A stretch of 32,000 nucleotides of DNA, taken from Ruminococcus albus 7 = DSM 20455 (GTDB lineage: Bacteria; Bacillota; Clostridia; Oscillospirales; Ruminococcaceae). Under the pieces are notes generated by a model. That model made no database searches. It was given only the letters and a program-made list of their open reading frames with translations, and had not been told where the DNA came from. Each line of letters opens with the position of its first letter. Position 1 is the first letter of the stretch. The translations under genes and the position numbers were made by a program. Where the stretch lies: NCBI RefSeq assembly GCF_000179635.2, contig NC_014824.1, positions 60,001-92,000 of the forward strand, written 5' to 3'. Below, piece by piece: positions 1 through 9,090 of this stretch.

Positions 1-516
1 ATCGAGGCAGCAAATAATGAAAAAGCAAATCTGATCTCACACGAAAATGATTTCTCAAAATACTCTATTCTTGAAAGGATAACAAGTAAAAAGGGAAATG
101 TCAAAGGAAAAATACTCAAGCTTCTTCTTGGCAGACTTGTAAAATCCATCAACGATATGGCTGCAGAAGCTTGTCCTCAGCTTACACTGGATCTTAACAT
201 TAATTCCAATGGAAACGTTATTATTCAGTGCAAAACTCCAAGCGGTACCCAGGACTATGGAGATCTTTCTACAGGAGAAAAACTGCTCGTTCAGTTTCTG
301 GTAATGACTCAAATAAATCAGCTATCAGGTTTTAAACTTCTCGTAATGGATAATCTTGATAAGCTGGATGAAGCCAACTTTGAAAAAATGCTTGATTTCC
401 TCTCGCAGCCAGCGGTTGCAGAGTATTACGACCATGTCTTCGTGGCAACGGTCAACCACACCGAATTTGAAGACGTACTCGGAAAATTCAGTGATATAAA
501 TGTCATAAACGTTTAA
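1..516 (+). CDS. C-terminal fragment of an ABC/SMC-type (Rad50/SbcC/RecF-like) ATPase; the 5' end lies outside the window
   Basis: Frame 1 is open from base 1, and the listed ORF 157-516 is only its first internal Met. An ABC signature-like LSTGEKLL is followed by a Walker B/D-loop-like KLLVMDNLDKLD. A hairpin terminator follows. Confidence 0.6.
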   Translation: MEAANNEKANLISHENDFSKYSILERITSKKGNVKGKILKLLLGRLVKSINDMAAEACPQLTLDLNINSNGNVIIQCKTPSGTQDYGDLSTGEKLLVQFLVMTQINQLSGFKLLVMDNLDKLDEANFEKMLDFLSQPAVAEYYDHVFVATVNHTEFEDVLGKFSDINVINV

Positions 517-556
517 AAAAGAAACGAGCTGATATAATTTTCAGCTCGTTTTACTT
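515..556. terminator. Bidirectional intrinsic terminator between convergent genes
   Basis: An 11-bp stem, AAACGAGCTGA (522-532) / TCAGCTCGTTT (541-551), is flanked by an A-run on the left and a T-rich tract on the right. Confidence 0.6.
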
Positions 557-584
557 TGTTAATTCAATATGAGAATTATCGGCA

Positions 585-3293
585 TTACTTTATAACTATT
601 TCAAAAGCTCTGCTGTTGATATTACTTGTATCCCATTCACCGTTAACTTTAGCGCAAAGTACAGCTTTATAAGTGCCGGAAGGGATCTTTTTGGAAGTAT
701 ATGTGCTGGAATTACCCGGCATATAATCTTGAACTTTCCATTTACCAGATAGAAAAACAGCTATACCGTATTTTTCTGCCCCGTCAACAGGCGACCATTT
801 CAGCCTGAACTGGTTTCCTGAGACCTCAGAGGTGACTATCGGATATTTAGAAATCTTTGCTTCATTGGGCGTTATTGTAATTGCATTAGAGAAATCCTGT
901 TTCCACTTTCCGTTTATCATCACGATAACAGCAACCCTGTAATTTGTTCCTGCTTTGAGGTTCCTTAGCGTGTATGAGGTGCCATTACCATCGGCAAGCT
1001 TCTGCCATCTGTTGTTTACATATCCACATACAGCGTACTTTTCAGCTCCTTTATTTTCTGACCATGTGAGCATAACACAACCGTCACCGGGGAGGTATGA
1101 AACCGTAGGTTTTTCATTAACAGGAACTGTATTATCAATATAGACATCATCTACATGATATTCACTTGCATTGCCAACTTTATCATATGCATAGATATGT
1201 GTTCGATAAACACCAAATTCATTATTATGATCGTTTACATTTACACGGTAAGTAACTATATCACCATCTATAGTTCCACTTGCTTTTGAATTTGTTTCCC
1301 ACGAAGGCTGGATATCATCCTGATTATTTTCAATCGTCCATGTAGGAAACTGTACTCTATCAAGACCACTTCCGCCATCATCAGTTACTTTACAAGTTAT
1401 TGTATAACCTGTACAAGAGACATCTGTAACCTTAACGTCAGATATTTTGGGAGGCTCTGTATCAACTTTTTCAAATGACCATTTCTGCGCATTAGTGGTA
1501 TTATATGGGTGCTGCTGAACGTTTGAACTATTTGCTGTTTGCATTCCTGCAAGGTCAACAGAATAACCACTGAGTTTTGATATCAAACGGTAGTATCCTT
1601 CGCCTTCAGCCTGTATTCGCCAAAGCTGACCTCGTTTATTTGATGGATTATATTCCCACAACTGAATATTATTCTTATGTAAAAAAGCAGTCGCATCACT
1701 ATCTTCAACGTCCAAAGATAGATGTGATGATGATTCTATGATTTTGTAATAACCGTCTGCTACATAAGTTATTTCAAATGTATCACTACTGTTTTTGGAG
1801 TTTTGTATTTGTATATTTGAACCATTTTTGTAATTATGGTCGCCATCTGCATCGAGCCATACTCCACAAGCTGATTTTATATAGTACGTTCCGTCGGCTA
1901 TAGGTCTATCATTTGAAATATACGGAATAAAACACCATGACTGAGCCTTGCTGTCGTTAGCTTCATGTGTTTGAATATATCCAGTATCTCCAATTATAGC
2001 ATTTTTGACATCCAAATAGTAACCATTTGCTCGTGATTGTATGGTATATCCGTGGTTTGTTGGTTTAATTGACCACTGTTGTGCAAACGTTGCATTATCC
2101 TTATATGTTTGAACCTTTGTTTTGTGGTTCAATGAGGCTCCGGGTACATCTAATGCAATGTTTTGTCCGTTCTGAGTGATTTTGTAAAATCCATTATTAA
2201 GGTAGGTCACTGTCCATGAATCATAATCCTTATTAGGAAGAATACTGCCTTCTGTCGCAATCAGCTTCTCTTGTTCATCAGCGGGGTATTTTGTACCCGG
2301 TATATCAAGATATACTCTTCGTCCCAACTCGCTAATTATCAAATAATTCCCATCAGGAACAGTTTGCCCAGCAGCTTCAGATTCACTCATCACGTGTCCC
2401 TGTTTTTCGTTAATATTGACAGTAAAACAAAATTGATTATCTCGTCTTACAGCTGTGTTCCCGTTTGAATCATTAGCATCAACGACATGAATATATACAG
2501 GCTGACTACCTCTAGCTGTTGTTTCAATCCACTGATCAAATCCATGATTTCCTGTAATTCCGAATGTCGAATTAACGTCTTCCCTGTATTGATTTGCCAT
2601 TACACCGGTCTGCCTTGTTATAATTGAGCTTTCTCCAACATTTCCACCTATATAAACGTGAACCTCTAATGATTGTGAAGACGAGTCAGGATCATATACC
2701 CAACCCCTAACATGGATTGAACCTTCTCCTCCTTCTACTAAATCAACATAGCCAACAGGAGAGTGGTTTGAAGGCTCCTTAGACGGTGAAGAATAAAGAT
2801 ATGCAAAGGAATACCTTCCGAACATCATTGCAGATTTAGAAATTGTATTATCCCATTTTATACCACAACTTCTGACTTTACTACCTCCACTATAATTACC
2901 ATTACCATTACAATCGACAAATGTTATAGTATCTCCAGATACACTGGTTACAAATATTGTATGACCACTACCCATCGTATTTCCATACTGTATAACATCG
3001 CCGGCCTTTACTTCACTGATACTGTATGACTTAGTCCATGACGATACGTGTGATCCAAAAACGTTATAAGCAATAAGTCTTGCGAAGCCAAAGCATTGTG
3101 TACCGCCATCAAATCTATCATTCCATGTCGAGTAATTAGGGTATGCTGACCTTAAACTGCTTAGTTTACTATCAAATTCACTTTGCGTAATTGCACTGGC
3201 AGCCAAATTCGTAATAACTTTATTGGGCAGATACACCCCCAAGCTACAAATCATCATTAATGACATAAACACGCTCAACAATCGTTTTTTCAT
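585..3293 (-). CDS. Secreted multidomain cell-surface protein: N-terminal CHAP/NlpC-P60-like cysteine peptidase/amidase, ricin-B (QxW) lectin repeats, a GBS Bsp-like repeat, and two FN3-like modules
   Basis: Start moved to the internal ATG at 3293 (MKKRLLSVFMSLMMICSL signal peptide, GAAAGGG RBS). Cys/His pair GTQCFGFA ... GSGHTIFV. QxW motifs AQQWSI, AQSWCF, GQLWRI, AQKWSF. DRVQFPTWT...YRTHIYAYDKVGN is Bsp-like. The AEKY(A/G)... FN3-like modules are repeated. Confidence 0.8.
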   Translation of the reverse strand: MKKRLLSVFMSLMMICSLGVYLPNKVITNLAASAITQSEFDSKLSSLRSAYPNYSTWNDRFDGGTQCFGFARLIAYNVFGSHVSSWTKSYSISEVKAGDVIQYGNTMGSGHTIFVTSVSGDTITFVDCNGNGNYSGGSKVRSCGIKWDNTISKSAMMFGRYSFAYLYSSPSKEPSNHSPVGYVDLVEGGEGSIHVRGWVYDPDSSSQSLEVHVYIGGNVGESSIITRQTGVMANQYREDVNSTFGITGNHGFDQWIETTARGSQPVYIHVVDANDSNGNTAVRRDNQFCFTVNINEKQGHVMSESEAAGQTVPDGNYLIISELGRRVYLDIPGTKYPADEQEKLIATEGSILPNKDYDSWTVTYLNNGFYKITQNGQNIALDVPGASLNHKTKVQTYKDNATFAQQWSIKPTNHGYTIQSRANGYYLDVKNAIIGDTGYIQTHEANDSKAQSWCFIPYISNDRPIADGTYYIKSACGVWLDADGDHNYKNGSNIQIQNSKNSSDTFEITYVADGYYKIIESSSHLSLDVEDSDATAFLHKNNIQLWEYNPSNKRGQLWRIQAEGEGYYRLISKLSGYSVDLAGMQTANSSNVQQHPYNTTNAQKWSFEKVDTEPPKISDVKVTDVSCTGYTITCKVTDDGGSGLDRVQFPTWTIENNQDDIQPSWETNSKASGTIDGDIVTYRVNVNDHNNEFGVYRTHIYAYDKVGNASEYHVDDVYIDNTVPVNEKPTVSYLPGDGCVMLTWSENKGAEKYAVCGYVNNRWQKLADGNGTSYTLRNLKAGTNYRVAVIVMINGKWKQDFSNAITITPNEAKISKYPIVTSEVSGNQFRLKWSPVDGAEKYGIAVFLSGKWKVQDYMPGNSSTYTSKKIPSGTYKAVLCAKVNGEWDTSNINSRAFEIVIK

Positions 3294-3405
3294 AAAAACA
3301 CCCTTTCTAAAATCAACGCACAATAAAATTATAAATCATTTTGGAAACAAAAGCAGCTTCCACAGATTCGATTATTCTTACACATCTGTTTACCGCAAAT
3401 CTTTC

Positions 3406-3717
3406 TCAAAGAAAATTCGCTGTATAATAAGGAATAGTCCATAGAATCCGCTTTAGATTGCCGTAAAATCTTAGATAAGTAGCTATATGAATTTTCTGAT
3501 ACAATCTTGAAAACGTTAAATAAACAGAGTTTAAGCTTTTATGATTATTGGTAAAATTGTTTTTCTCACTCGCTACGTATTGTTCTGAACTAGCAGTTAA
3601 AAATCTTGTTGCTGATGCAATGAACGCAATCGTTTCATTTACAGCCGTCATTAATACTGCTGCTACAACTGAACTGATCTCGCGGACATAGAAGCCAAAC
3701 TTTGTTTTCGTTTTCAT
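3406..3717 (-). CDS. Hypothetical small protein
   Basis: 103-aa ORF with a GGAGG RBS about 8 nt upstream of the ATG. No recognisable motif. Confidence 0.4.
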   Translation of the reverse strand: MKTKTKFGFYVREISSVVAAVLMTAVNETIAFIASATRFLTASSEQYVASEKNNFTNNHKSLNSVYLTFSRLYQKIHIATYLRFYGNLKRILWTIPYYTANFL

Positions 3718-3980
3718 AAAAATACCTCCGAAAATTACATTATCGATTATTTAATAATAATCGTATCGGCTTACGATAAACGTATTTGAAAATTACCCTT
3801 ATCGCTGTATTTATTATAACTTTTTGTCTGCAGTTCGTCAATGTTATAAATATACGAAATTGTATAACATTAACATTATGGCTTGCATACATTCAGCAAA
3901 TTATGAACAATATGCATAATAAAATTCACACTTTTTCCTTGACGTTCTAGTGTATTTTAGGTATTATCAATTATTACATA

Positions 3981-4010
3981 AAAAAACTCCCCTAAATCAG
4001 GGGAGAAAAA
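3981..4010 (-). terminator. Intrinsic terminator of the membrane-protein gene
   Basis: Stem CTCCCCT (3987-3993) / AGGGGAG (3999-4005), followed by a T-run on the minus strand. Confidence 0.6.
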
Positions 4011-4023
4011 GGCGGTAATTTTG

Positions 4024-4485
4024 TCAACTGCACTTAGACTTCGCCTTAATTGCAGCGACTTCCTTAATTACAATGCCTGAGAGCACTCCAAGTGAAAACA
4101 GTGCTATAAACACCAAGAAGAGTTTTGGGGATATTCTGACTGTTGACAAGCTGATATTTTTTATTGCGATTATTTTTGCAATACTGAACACACAGTTCAG
4201 AATAAAGCACAAGAATGACGCTACAGCGCAGCGCCAAGACTTTTTTAAAACGGCTTTAGCAGCGAATATGACTGTAAGTGTCATTGAAAGATACTGAAAA
4301 CCTGTCATAATATTCCAAAGAAGTTCAGGCATCAATTTTGCCATTCTTTTCATAAGGAAAATAAAAACGCAAATTGAGATCACTGTTTTTATCATAAAGA
4401 AGATCGTGATTCCGTTTACTTTCGGCTTGATTGTTTCATCACCTTTCTTGTTAGCAAGAAAAGCGGCATAGAATATTTTGAACAT
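4024..4485 (-). CDS. Integral membrane protein (about 4 TM segments), function unknown
   Basis: Start moved to the ATG at 4485 (MFKIFYAAF...), preceded by AAAGGAGAAA. Several long hydrophobic segments. A terminator lies downstream. Confidence 0.6.
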   Translation of the reverse strand: MFKIFYAAFLANKKGDETIKPKVNGITIFFMIKTVISICVFIFLMKRMAKLMPELLWNIMTGFQYLSMTLTVIFAAKAVLKKSWRCAVASFLCFILNCVFSIAKIIAIKNISLSTVRISPKLFLVFIALFSLGVLSGIVIKEVAAIKAKSKCS

Positions 4486-4771
4486 GTAAATTTCTCCTTT
4501 AATATGTATAATAATATATAAATAGACCATCGGTGCGAACGATGGTCAATTGATTCTATAAGTGATTCGTTTGTAAGTGAATGATTGATTTATGTATATA
4601 TATATGTATATGATCATGAAACAAAGTCGCACTCGTCATCTCATGCAAAAAAGGAATTTGTCCATCTTTTATTAAATAATAAACTCCATGTTATCAATAA
4701 TAAAAGTCTGTAATTATTATATACGAAAATTTGGTTCGATAATAACAGAGTTTTTATCTAATGTAATTTTC

Positions 4772-4780
4772 TGCTATAAT
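4772..4780 (+). promoter_or_regulatory. Extended -10 promoter element (TGcTATAAT) upstream of the 4818 gene
   Basis: TGCTATAAT sits about 40 nt upstream of the ATG. The same TCTGCTATAAT core occurs in three other promoters in this window. Confidence 0.4.
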
Positions 4781-4817
4781 CATTATAAGCAATAAATAAT
4801 GTAAAGGAGAGCACGAT

Positions 4818-5075
4818 ATGATAGCTAAGATCAGTAATGATTTTATCATTAACACAGACGAGATACGTTTTATTCTTTCCTGCAAATCAAATTCGGCAAA
4901 AGAAATTGCATCAAACGCTAAGAAAAACAATACGTTGATCAATGCTACAAAAGGGAAGGCAACTAAAAGTATCATAGTTCTTAAAAACAATGAAGTTATC
5001 TCTTCGGATTATAACCCTGATACATTATTTAATAAATTTTCGATGACAGTTAACAGCAACATCAATGATAAATAA
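4818..5075 (+). CDS. Small RemA/DUF370-like protein (tentative)
   Basis: AAAGGAG RBS. The central segment SAKEI...LINATKGKATKSIIVLKNNEVISSDYNPDTL parallels the RemA pattern SAPIKR...[31 protein letters not shown] as I recall it. Confidence 0.45.
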   Translation: MIAKISNDFIINTDEIRFILSCKSNSAKEIASNAKKNNTLINATKGKATKSIIVLKNNEVISSDYNPDTLFNKFSMTVNSNINDK

Positions 5076-5077
5076 AA

Positions 5078-5097
5078 GCTGTCACTTTCGTGACAGC
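5078..5097. terminator. Bidirectional hairpin terminator
   Basis: GCTGTCAC-TTTC-GTGACAGC sits between the convergent genes 4818-5075 (+) and 5103-5372 (-). Confidence 0.55.
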
Positions 5098-5102
5098 CTT
5101 TG

Positions 5103-5372
5103 CTACCATTCTTTTTTTACAAGATCTCTTGACTTATCATCTTCAACAACAGTTAGATTTCTTTTCAAAAAACCTCTTATCATTTCAGATACCTTCAGTT
5201 CTTCAGGATCAGGATTTTCGGGAAGATAAGATTCGATCCATAAAGCCCATCCGATATACATCGCAAAATTTTCATTTAGCTCTTTTGCGAATGAAAGTGG
5301 CGGCAAAGAAAGAGGTTTGATCTTAAACCCGGAAACTATTTTATTGTAATCAGAACGTGTAATGTAATACAT
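5103..5372 (-). CDS. Hypothetical protein
   Basis: 89-aa ORF with a GAGGTG RBS. No recognised motif. Confidence 0.5.
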   Translation of the reverse strand: MYYITRSDYNKIVSGFKIKPLSLPPLSFAKELNENFAMYIGWALWIESYLPENPDPEELKVSEMIRGFLKRNLTVVEDDKSRDLVKKEW

Positions 5373-5512
5373 GTTATCACCTCACTATTTATTTTACTAC
5401 TTATATTATATTCGATTTTTTTTAAGAATGAAAAATTTTATATGATCTTTTCATGCTTTTAATTTTTACATATAGTTTAACTGTAAATACGTGAAAAAAA
5501 GGAGGAAAATGT

Positions 5513-5746
5513 ATGACTTACTGGTTTTTATTCTGTATTTGCATATTATTTTTCATACTGGTTTTTTTGTTTATATCCATATATCTGCTTATATGCAAAA
5601 TAAGGATAATGATAAAGGGACAACCCAAAAGCTTCAAACAGCCGGCCAAATTTGTCCCTAAGCTGGATCTTGAAGTGCAGCAAGTTCAGCCATCCGTCGA
5701 TAATTCCAGCGCAACTAAAAGAGGAGACTTCAAAATAATGAAATAA
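5513..5746 (+). CDS. Small single-pass membrane protein
   Basis: AAAGGAGGAAAA RBS and an N-terminal hydrophobic helix (WFLFCICILFFILVFLFISIYLLI). It lies immediately upstream of the secreted-protein gene. Confidence 0.5.
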   Translation: MTYWFLFCICILFFILVFLFISIYLLICKIRIMIKGQPKSFKQPAKFVPKLDLEVQQVQPSVDNSSATKRGDFKIMK

Positions 5747-5764
5747 GACAGGGAGGAAATTATC

Positions 5765-6958
5765 ATGAAAAATAAAATGATTGCTTCGGTTTTGGCGCTT
5801 ACAGTGCTTACTACACAGATAACAGCTTTTGCTTCTGATAATACAAACGGAATGATGATAGCTGATGATGGAAATAACGTTGATTTTTCCGAAGTAATGC
5901 AAAACGGAGCCGAGCAAATACAGTTAAACCAACCGGCAGCTCAGCCTACAACGGGAATAACAGCTGATTTTGACGGTTTTCATAAGCAAATGGATGCTTT
6001 TTTGGAGTCGGCAGGGTTTGATTATTCTGAATTTACATCTCAGAAGTTTTCTTTGCCGGACATGACAAACATATCTACGGAGGCTGACATGAAAGAACAA
6101 TATGCCGAAATGGTCGCAGGGCTTTCCGCGTATGGATTCGGACAAAAAGCAACATTACCGGATAATTCCGGCTACACTCTCAATGCAATAGGCTCCTTTA
6201 AAGATTCTTTCGGTGATGGATTAAAATCAGAATTCACTCCATACACAGAGTTTACTTTTGATAGTCAAGCGGTTTTTGCGGATTTTTCTGCAAACAGGGA
6301 TTCTCTTTTCAGTGCAGCAAGAAACTCAACAGGATACAATGAAATAAGTCAGATGATGAATATAAGTGATGCATGGGACAGCTTTAACAGCTATAAGAAC
6401 AGTATCAATCCCAATAATATCACACCTGAGCTACTTAGTTTTGGTTCGCTGGAAACAAAAGTCAATAATTATGCAGTTGGACAAATAAGCTCAATAAAGA
6501 ATGATTTTGATGGTAAAGACAGCGACAAATCTATCACCCGGAACGATTTTTTATCGAAAAAGCAAGATATCATGGATCTGGAAACGGAATTAAGAAGAAC
6601 AGCGGATAAAGACTTTCAGATAGCTTATGATTTTATTCCCCCGAGCTATGACAACGGTTATATGGGTCGTTATGAGACTTATGATATAAGAACTGACGGA
6701 CTCCGTGACCCTAAAGTACAAAATAAAATGATCTCAGATATGGGATTCGATCCAAACCTAAGCGATATCGACAATATTTCAAAACGCTTAAAGGAAAATA
6801 AATTCTCTGATGGCTATGAAAATGTAGAATCTAATTTTCGCGGCGATCTGTTTAAAAAACTGGATACTTTATTATCAGGCGAATCAAAAGCAGAAGACGT
6901 TGAAGAAAAAGGATGGAGTGATCCCACAACCGATCTTTTACTTGACGGAATTGAATAA
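5765..6958 (+). CDS. Secreted protein of unknown function
   Basis: GGGAGGAAA RBS and a signal peptide (MKNKMIASVLALTVLTTQITAFA). A terminator follows. Confidence 0.7.
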   Translation: MKNKMIASVLALTVLTTQITAFASDNTNGMMIADDGNNVDFSEVMQNGAEQIQLNQPAAQPTTGITADFDGFHKQMDAFLESAGFDYSEFTSQKFSLPDMTNISTEADMKEQYAEMVAGLSAYGFGQKATLPDNSGYTLNAIGSFKDSFGDGLKSEFTPYTEFTFDSQAVFADFSANRDSLFSAARNSTGYNEISQMMNISDAWDSFNSYKNSINPNNITPELLSFGSLETKVNNYAVGQISSIKNDFDGKDSDKSITRNDFLSKKQDIMDLETELRRTADKDFQIAYDFIPPSYDNGYMGRYETYDIRTDGLRDPKVQNKMISDMGFDPNLSDIDNISKRLKENKFSDGYENVESNFRGDLFKKLDTLLSGESKAEDVEEKGWSDPTTDLLLDGIE

Positions 6959-6964
6959 TAAAAA

Positions 6965-7002
6965 AAATCTCCCATGGAATAATGAACCATAGGAGATTTT
7001 TT
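6965..7002. terminator. Bidirectional hairpin terminator
   Basis: An imperfect ATCTCC-C-ATGG ... CCAT-AGGAGAT stem is flanked by an A-run and a T-run, between convergent genes. Confidence 0.55.
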
Positions 7003-7024
7003 GCATCAGGAGAAATATGGGTAC

Positions 7025-8767
7025 TTATTGTGTCAGTAATTTCTTACCTTTAATATGTGCAGCGATTTTTGTTATATCGCTGACGTTGATCACTCCATCA
7101 CCATTTACATCGGCAAATTTCTGGGCGTTTTCATCGAGAAGTTTTTTCCCTTTTATATGCGCTGCAATCTTAGTAATGTCGCTTACGTTTATAACGCTAT
7201 CAGTATTTACATCTCCGAAGAGTAGCGGTTTGAATGTACGATAATATACGTCTTCCTGCATATACGGATGTTGAACCGTTGCGTATTTATTCGAATATTC
7301 TTCTGCTGTGCTGCCCTTATAGCCAACAATATAATTAAAGTCCAACGCATAGTTAATTGCGTATACATTTACATACTCTATCTGTTCAATGATGCAATTT
7401 TTGGAGTATACAATAACTGTTGTTCCGTTGTTGGAGTTGTTCAAACCCGAAAAAGCGCCATCACCTATAAATTCAACGCTTTCAGGAATCACCGCCTTAG
7501 TTATGCCTTTACATCCTTTGAATGCTTTTGAACCTATATATTTTAAACCATTAGGAAAATTTATTGCTTTTATTCCGGAATTTTCAAATGCACTTGGATA
7601 GATAGCTTCAATGCTTTCGGGAAGAAGTATTTTTTCCTTTTTTTGTCCCGCAAAAGCATTTGAACCTATGTATTTCAGTGTAGAGGGTAGCTTGAATTCG
7701 GCAGTTACGGGTATCCCGGGAGAATCAGCTATACCGAGGGTACCTTCTCGAATGTCTATATAAGATGGGTTATTGCCATTGATTTTATAAAGCCAGTTTC
7801 CAAGATAAAGTGCCTTTTCAGCTGATGAGTCAAATTGCTTTTCAAACGGTGTATTCTTGAATGCTCCGTTTCCCAGTCTTTCAAGAGAATCAGGAATAAC
7901 TACTTGTTCTGATATCGAACATCCATCAAAAGCATTATGAGATAATGTACGGAGACCATCATTCAAAGTAACACCTTGCAATCTCTTGTTTCCACTAAAA
8001 GCAAAGGCGCCGATTCCTTTTACGTTTCCGGGAATATCAATATCTAATGCCTTTACAGTATCATTAACATTATCACTAAAAGCATTACTGAATGCATAAT
8101 CGTCTATATACAGATCATTTTCAGTAGGCAGTTCCAGACTTGTAAGTTTCATCTCAGATTCATTAAAAGCACCATAATTAATGTATTTGAGAGTATTGGG
8201 GAAAACTATATTTTCTATACTTTTAGTTCTGTAAAAAAGATCTATTCCTACTATCAGCTTTTTGAAGGCTTCTGTACCTATTCCTACACATCCATCCGGA
8301 ATGACAAGTTCAGTAATATCTTCACCTTTCTTTGAAAAATCAACTACCCAGTTATCTACCATTATTAACTCATTAGATTTTTCCTTTATCTGGCTGTTAA
8401 ACAGTTCAGTCCCGGTAAATGCGTTTCTGCCTATAAATTCAAGGCTATCGGGGAGATCTACCTCCTTTAGATTTGCACAGCCGTTAAAAGCATTATTGCA
8501 TAGTGAAGTAATGCCTTCACTGATAACGACTTTTTCAATAAACGTATCTCCTTTAAAAGGTGAATCGTAATTTCCTGCAGTATCGGTGTTTTTAAGCTTA
8601 CCTTTTCCTGTTATTGTTACTGTTGCCGTATCATAATCAATGACATAACTTGCGTTATCGCCCCACTGCTTCGCTTCTGAAACGTCTGCATAAGTTGTTA
8701 TGCTCATTGAATTTGCGCTCAGCATTAACGCTGAAACAAGTCCTGAGAATATGTTTTTGAATTTCAT
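7025..8767 (-). CDS. BspA-type leucine-rich-repeat surface protein with a C-terminal type I dockerin
   Basis: Signal peptide. Many repeats of the ...IP.SV..IG..AF..C..L pattern. The C-terminus has two dockerin Ca-binding repeats (GDVNTDSVINVSDITKIAAHIKGKKLL and ADVNGDGVINVSDITKIAAHIKGKKLL). Confidence 0.85.
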   Translation of the reverse strand: MKFKNIFSGLVSALMLSANSMSITTYADVSEAKQWGDNASYVIDYDTATVTITGKGKLKNTDTAGNYDSPFKGDTFIEKVVISEGITSLCNNAFNGCANLKEVDLPDSLEFIGRNAFTGTELFNSQIKEKSNELIMVDNWVVDFSKKGEDITELVIPDGCVGIGTEAFKKLIVGIDLFYRTKSIENIVFPNTLKYINYGAFNESEMKLTSLELPTENDLYIDDYAFSNAFSDNVNDTVKALDIDIPGNVKGIGAFAFSGNKRLQGVTLNDGLRTLSHNAFDGCSISEQVVIPDSLERLGNGAFKNTPFEKQFDSSAEKALYLGNWLYKINGNNPSYIDIREGTLGIADSPGIPVTAEFKLPSTLKYIGSNAFAGQKKEKILLPESIEAIYPSAFENSGIKAINFPNGLKYIGSKAFKGCKGITKAVIPESVEFIGDGAFSGLNNSNNGTTVIVYSKNCIIEQIEYVNVYAINYALDFNYIVGYKGSTAEEYSNKYATVQHPYMQEDVYYRTFKPLLFGDVNTDSVINVSDITKIAAHIKGKKLLDENAQKFADVNGDGVINVSDITKIAAHIKGKKLLTQ

Positions 8768-9090
8768 TCAGAACACCTCACTTTCTTATTATAAGTATAG
8801 CACAATCAAAATAATAAATCAATATAAGATAACCTTATACTTAATAATTATCGTAGCTTTCCAGATCCGGAAAATCCAGATGTGGACGTATTTACGCGGT
8901 TTTCCTTACTCTTTGAGTTGAGATCTTTTCTTTTTCCTTAACAGTAAATATACTTGTCACTAAAATAGTTTTCCCCGATTTATATCGATTATATTGAAAG
9001 AAATTTTCATATATAATTATTGTAGATCATGGATTGACAAGCTGGAGTGTCTATTCGATCGAATATATTATAATTTTAGGAGGACTAAAA

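Noticed and set aside
955-2468. Short plus-strand ORFs inside the CHAP-ricin gene, and similar antisense ORFs inside the LRR, AAA+, RNase III-like, topoisomerase, PP2C and tnpB genes
   Set aside because: Each is fully nested antisense within a long, motif-supported CDS. They lack RBSs and have skewed composition.
9034-9090. Longer N-termini proposed by the ORF track (9034, 10766, 16895, 25828, 4530, 3323, 22054)
   Set aside because: In each case an internal start is preceded by a well-spaced AGGAGG-type RBS, and in three cases it begins a signal peptide or lipobox. The upstream codons lack an RBS or overlap the preceding gene.
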